DNA of 64,000 nucleotides from Macrostomum lignano (Eukaryota): NCBI GenBank assembly GCA_002269645.1, contig NIVC01000089.1, positions 248,001 to 312,000 of the forward strand, read 5' to 3'. Shown piece by piece: positions 61,002 to 64,000 of this stretch (position 1 is its first letter; each line of letters starts with the position of its first letter). The notes under the pieces were generated by a model. It saw only the letters and a program-made list of their open reading frames with translations, ran no database searches and was not told where the DNA came from. The position numbers and the translations under genes were made by a program.

Positions 61002-61208
61002 ATGTCAAATTTACATAAAATATTTTATGAAGAGGAACCAACTATACATCAAAGGTACATAAAACATTTTTGCCTTGTATGCGGTGAAATTGCCAATGTA
61101 AAAAGCAATTGTACATATTTTGCATGTCAGACTTGCTTAAAATCATTTATGAAAAGGAGACTATTGAAAAACAATGTAAAATTTTCTGTATATTCTATTG
61201 GCTGGTAA
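61002..61208 (+). CDS. Short ORF with a nuclear-receptor-like C4 zinc-finger motif (probable relic) inside the Polinton-like element
   Basis: CLVCGEIA-x10-CQTCLKSFMKRR resembles the first NR DNA-binding finger (CxVCGDxA...CxxCKxFFRR). The second finger is not intact. Confidence 0.35.
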   Translation: MSNLHKIFYEEEPTIHQRYIKHFCLVCGEIANVKSNCTYFACQTCLKSFMKRRLLKNNVKFSVYSIGW

Positions 61209-63072
61209 TGTTGTGCATCATCTATTTCTTGTAATATGCTACTGATTTTATCGATTTTGTAAATATATATTCCTTTCTCTTTACAATGCTGTTTGTACCG
61301 AACCATATCATTGAAGCCTTTCATTCTTGAGGGCTGGGGGATGACGCATGCAACGGATTGTACAGCCGGCGAGCGCACCCCACCTCTGCAATATACACTG
61401 TATACAGGTGTTTCGAGTAGGAAATTTTCGTTTACTCCAAGAGAGAGAGAGAATGTACATAACTGGCTGCTGTTGTATAGAGGGTTTCAAATACAGCTGG
61501 GGACTGTCGTGTAGATTGGGAATTAATGTACATATATAGAAGTAGACACTGTACATATAGAAATTGTCCTAGAAGTAGATATGGGTTTAAAATGCAAGTA
61601 CAGTATGCAGTGTACATATAGAGGTACATTGGGGAAATTAGATAGGGATTAATGTACATGTAGACATAGAAGTAGACAATGTACATATAGGATTGGGAAT
61701 AGACGGGGGTTAATGTACATATGCAAGTACATATAGAAGTATGCTATGTGTACATATATCACGTTTTCATATACTACTTACTTCATTTTCAGATAGTAGT
61801 ATAATTTGCGTTTTTTGCGTCAAATATGCCTGAAAATCGACCACTTTACACGCGTTAAGTAGTTGTGTATGCTAGAGGCTTCTAGAGGCTTAGTTGACAC
61901 AAATCATAAATTAAACTTGGAATAGCTTTCTCGAAATTATATTCATGTACTTCACAGCAGCTACATTTGTACCTTCACAGGGCGCATGTATGACAGCAGC
62001 TGTAGCTGAAACTGCAAAGCTGCAGGAAAGTCCAAATACATGGAGTTCTAATTTAAATGCTAGTTTAATACTGCATGGCTTTGGCTTCAAATGAATTCGA
62101 TATTTCTGTGAGTTTAGGTGACTTTATTAGTATTCAATAGGAGTGAGCTGGCGAAGTTTCCTTGGCTGTTTAAAGCACTAAATTTATAAAAGCTGCGTAT
62201 GGGCTGAGCCTACCACTCCAGATTCTCTCTATAGAACTCCCTGGCCGGCCGCCTCTTGCAGGACACGCAGGTCGCTAACGAATGCCCAGTTAATGAGCTG
62301 TAGAGCAGTCAACTTTCTACTGCTCGACAAAGTTTACAGTAACTCACTCCCTCACTCACTGTGCATCTCAGCCCACTCCAATCTTTTGTGTGTCATTTAG
62401 AAATTAAATATAAAAGGACCAATGGCTTGAGTTTGTTTGTGAGTGCACATTGTTGGCAATGGTCAAAACCTGCCAAGAGTTTGGGCAAAAGTTCTTTGTC
62501 TTGAGAACACACAATTCCGCATCAACTCGCCCTAGCAGTTATTCTTAGACAGTGATTTGTAAGAAAAACCGCATGTGTAATTTCGGTAATAAATAGGCAT
62601 ACAGGTACAGTCTTCTTTCCTGAAAGCAGTTTTTCCAAGGGCGTCATCGAAAGTCCAACCGAGAGAGAAAAATTTATTCAATTCTATGCAAAAATTAAAA
62701 ACAGTTTTGTCTTTTCGTACGATTGATTCCAATGCTTGATATGATCTGGGTCATGAAAGCAATCCAAGTTGACTCCAAGTTGGCTGCCTGCTCTGCAGCT
62801 TATTAATTGGGCACTCGTTAGCGACCGCGAGCTGCGGAGCTGCGCAGAGGGGGCTGCGGTCGGGCGTGTCCTGCAAGCGGCAGCCGGCCAGGGAGTTCCA
62901 TAGAGAGAATCTGGAGTGGATCTCAAGTGAAATTCGCCAGGATCTCATTAAGCACTCGTTAGCTGTCTAACAGTGCATGCCGCCGCAGAAAAAGCTTTTT
63001 CTTCCAAGAGTAATTTGGCTTCCCATTTGTTGGCTAATTCGCCCCCACCTGACAGAGCGTGAATGGTGTCAG

Positions 63073-64000
63073 TTTTCACGAACCAGATTTCTTCTCTGGT
63101 ACTCCATGCGGTCGGCATTTACGATCGCAAGAAATTGCTGAGCTGGTCTCACGCGCTACCAGCATGTCGCGGATATCCCGCTGGAGGACTCCGCACCGCA
63201 GCGAAACACCCCCCCCCCTCAAAGCAGCGACCCTTCTCATAGCAGCTCCCAGCAAAGCAAATGGCTGTTACAGTGTCTTCACAATGCACCCGAGAGCTTA
63301 GAGAAAACCGAGGTTATTGATCAAGCCAGCTCAGCCCCGTGTTGCTTCGGCATACTCAGCAATATGATTATGCAGTGGTGGCCAGTAGAGTCGCCACCAT
63401 CGATTCAAAGGCGAGCGGCGCCACCCGCCACCCCACGATCTGCGCTCCACCGCAGCAGCAAAGTGAGTTGAATTCCCTCATGATTTGCTTGCAGCTGGCT
63501 CTGGTGGAAACACTGGCGTGAACTGAGCCCTGCAGGGGTAGCTCTCCCTGTCCCTTATGTGTATATAATTGTTGTTAATATTTGCAACTCGGCAAATTAC
63601 TTTCTGCTCAAGCTATACACCACACTTAGCAAGCCAAAGAAACTCAAACCCAAAAGCAGTCATGCTGAACTACAAGCAAGTGCAAGCCTTTGTGGCCGCG
63701 ATGCTCGTCCTGGCTATGACAGGTAAGAGAGACATCGATCAGTAGTTTATTGAGAATTTGGTAACTCATCGATTTGTCACTCATTATGGACTCTGAAAAC
63801 ATTTGCGTCCTTTTCAGCTGCCGCCATCGAGGTGCCGGCCGACGAAGCCGGAGATGAGGCCGACTACGCTAGGCGCAGATACCGCAGGTGCAGCGTCCTG
63901 TAAGCCGGAGGCGCCAATCAGCCCAGCGATGTGCAGGCCAGTGAGGCCCGGCTCACTGACAGCTCTGACAGATCTTAATCGCTGCGGCAAAGCTTATTCT
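63073..64000. repeat. Right arm of the inverted duplication (partner 50224-51150)
   Basis: See left arm; runs to the window edge. Confidence 0.93.
63662..63903 (+). CDS. Putative small secreted peptide precursor (48 aa, 2 exons), copy 2
   Basis: Exons 63662-63722 and 63818-63903; tatataa at 63562-63568; same product as copy 1. Confidence 0.55.

Larger units (their letters stand above)
51555..61863. mobile_element. Polinton/Maverick-like element (internally deleted) with ~450-bp TIRs and 6-bp TSD, containing a pPolB relic and a nested LINE
   Basis: TIRs at 51555-52008 and 61418-61863; termini ACTACT...AGTAGT; TGTGTA directly flanks both ends (51549-51554, 61864-61869); internal protein-primed PolB. 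Confidence 0.85.

Noticed and set aside
62213-62919. Inverted pair as a TIR-bounded MITE
   Set aside because: Homology to the 48.3-48.5 kb copy extends beyond the apparent left end and there is no TSD; better explained as two fragments of a dispersed repeat.

Overview
Eukaryotic (metazoan) genomic DNA with AT-rich intergenic sequence, GC-rich exons and introns filled with tandem repeats. The style suggests a flatworm such as Macrostomum, but that is inference only. Host genes reconstructed by hand from splice signals: a 3-exon multi-CxxC + LRAT/PLAAT-type (permuted NlpC/P60) protein (+, 4.5-7.3 kb); GPATCH11 (-, 9.0-10.2 kb); a 14-exon hillarin/KY-like protein with two transglutaminase-like modules and two 1-nt frameshifts (+, 13.1-31.2 kb); an 8-exon ZnT/SLC30 zinc transporter with two GC-AG introns (-, 35.3-41.0 kb); and two inverted copies of a short spliced secreted-peptide gene (50.3-50.6 kb and 63.7-63.9 kb). 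Mobile DNA: a full-length R1/LOA-like LINE (APE-RT-RNase H) inserted in an 18-bp minisatellite (41.7-47.5 kb), tRNA-derived SINEs, and a 10.3-kb Polinton/Maverick-like element (51555-61863). That element has ~450-bp TIRs and a 6-bp TSD. It carries a decayed protein-primed DNA polymerase B whose motifs A, B and C are each interrupted by a spliceosomal-type intron, a nuclear-receptor-like zinc-finger ORF, and a nested Ingi-like LINE with a candidate HDV-like ribozyme and a 2A peptide. It sits in the spacer of a larger inverted duplication. No database searches were run; all coordinates were read by eye.
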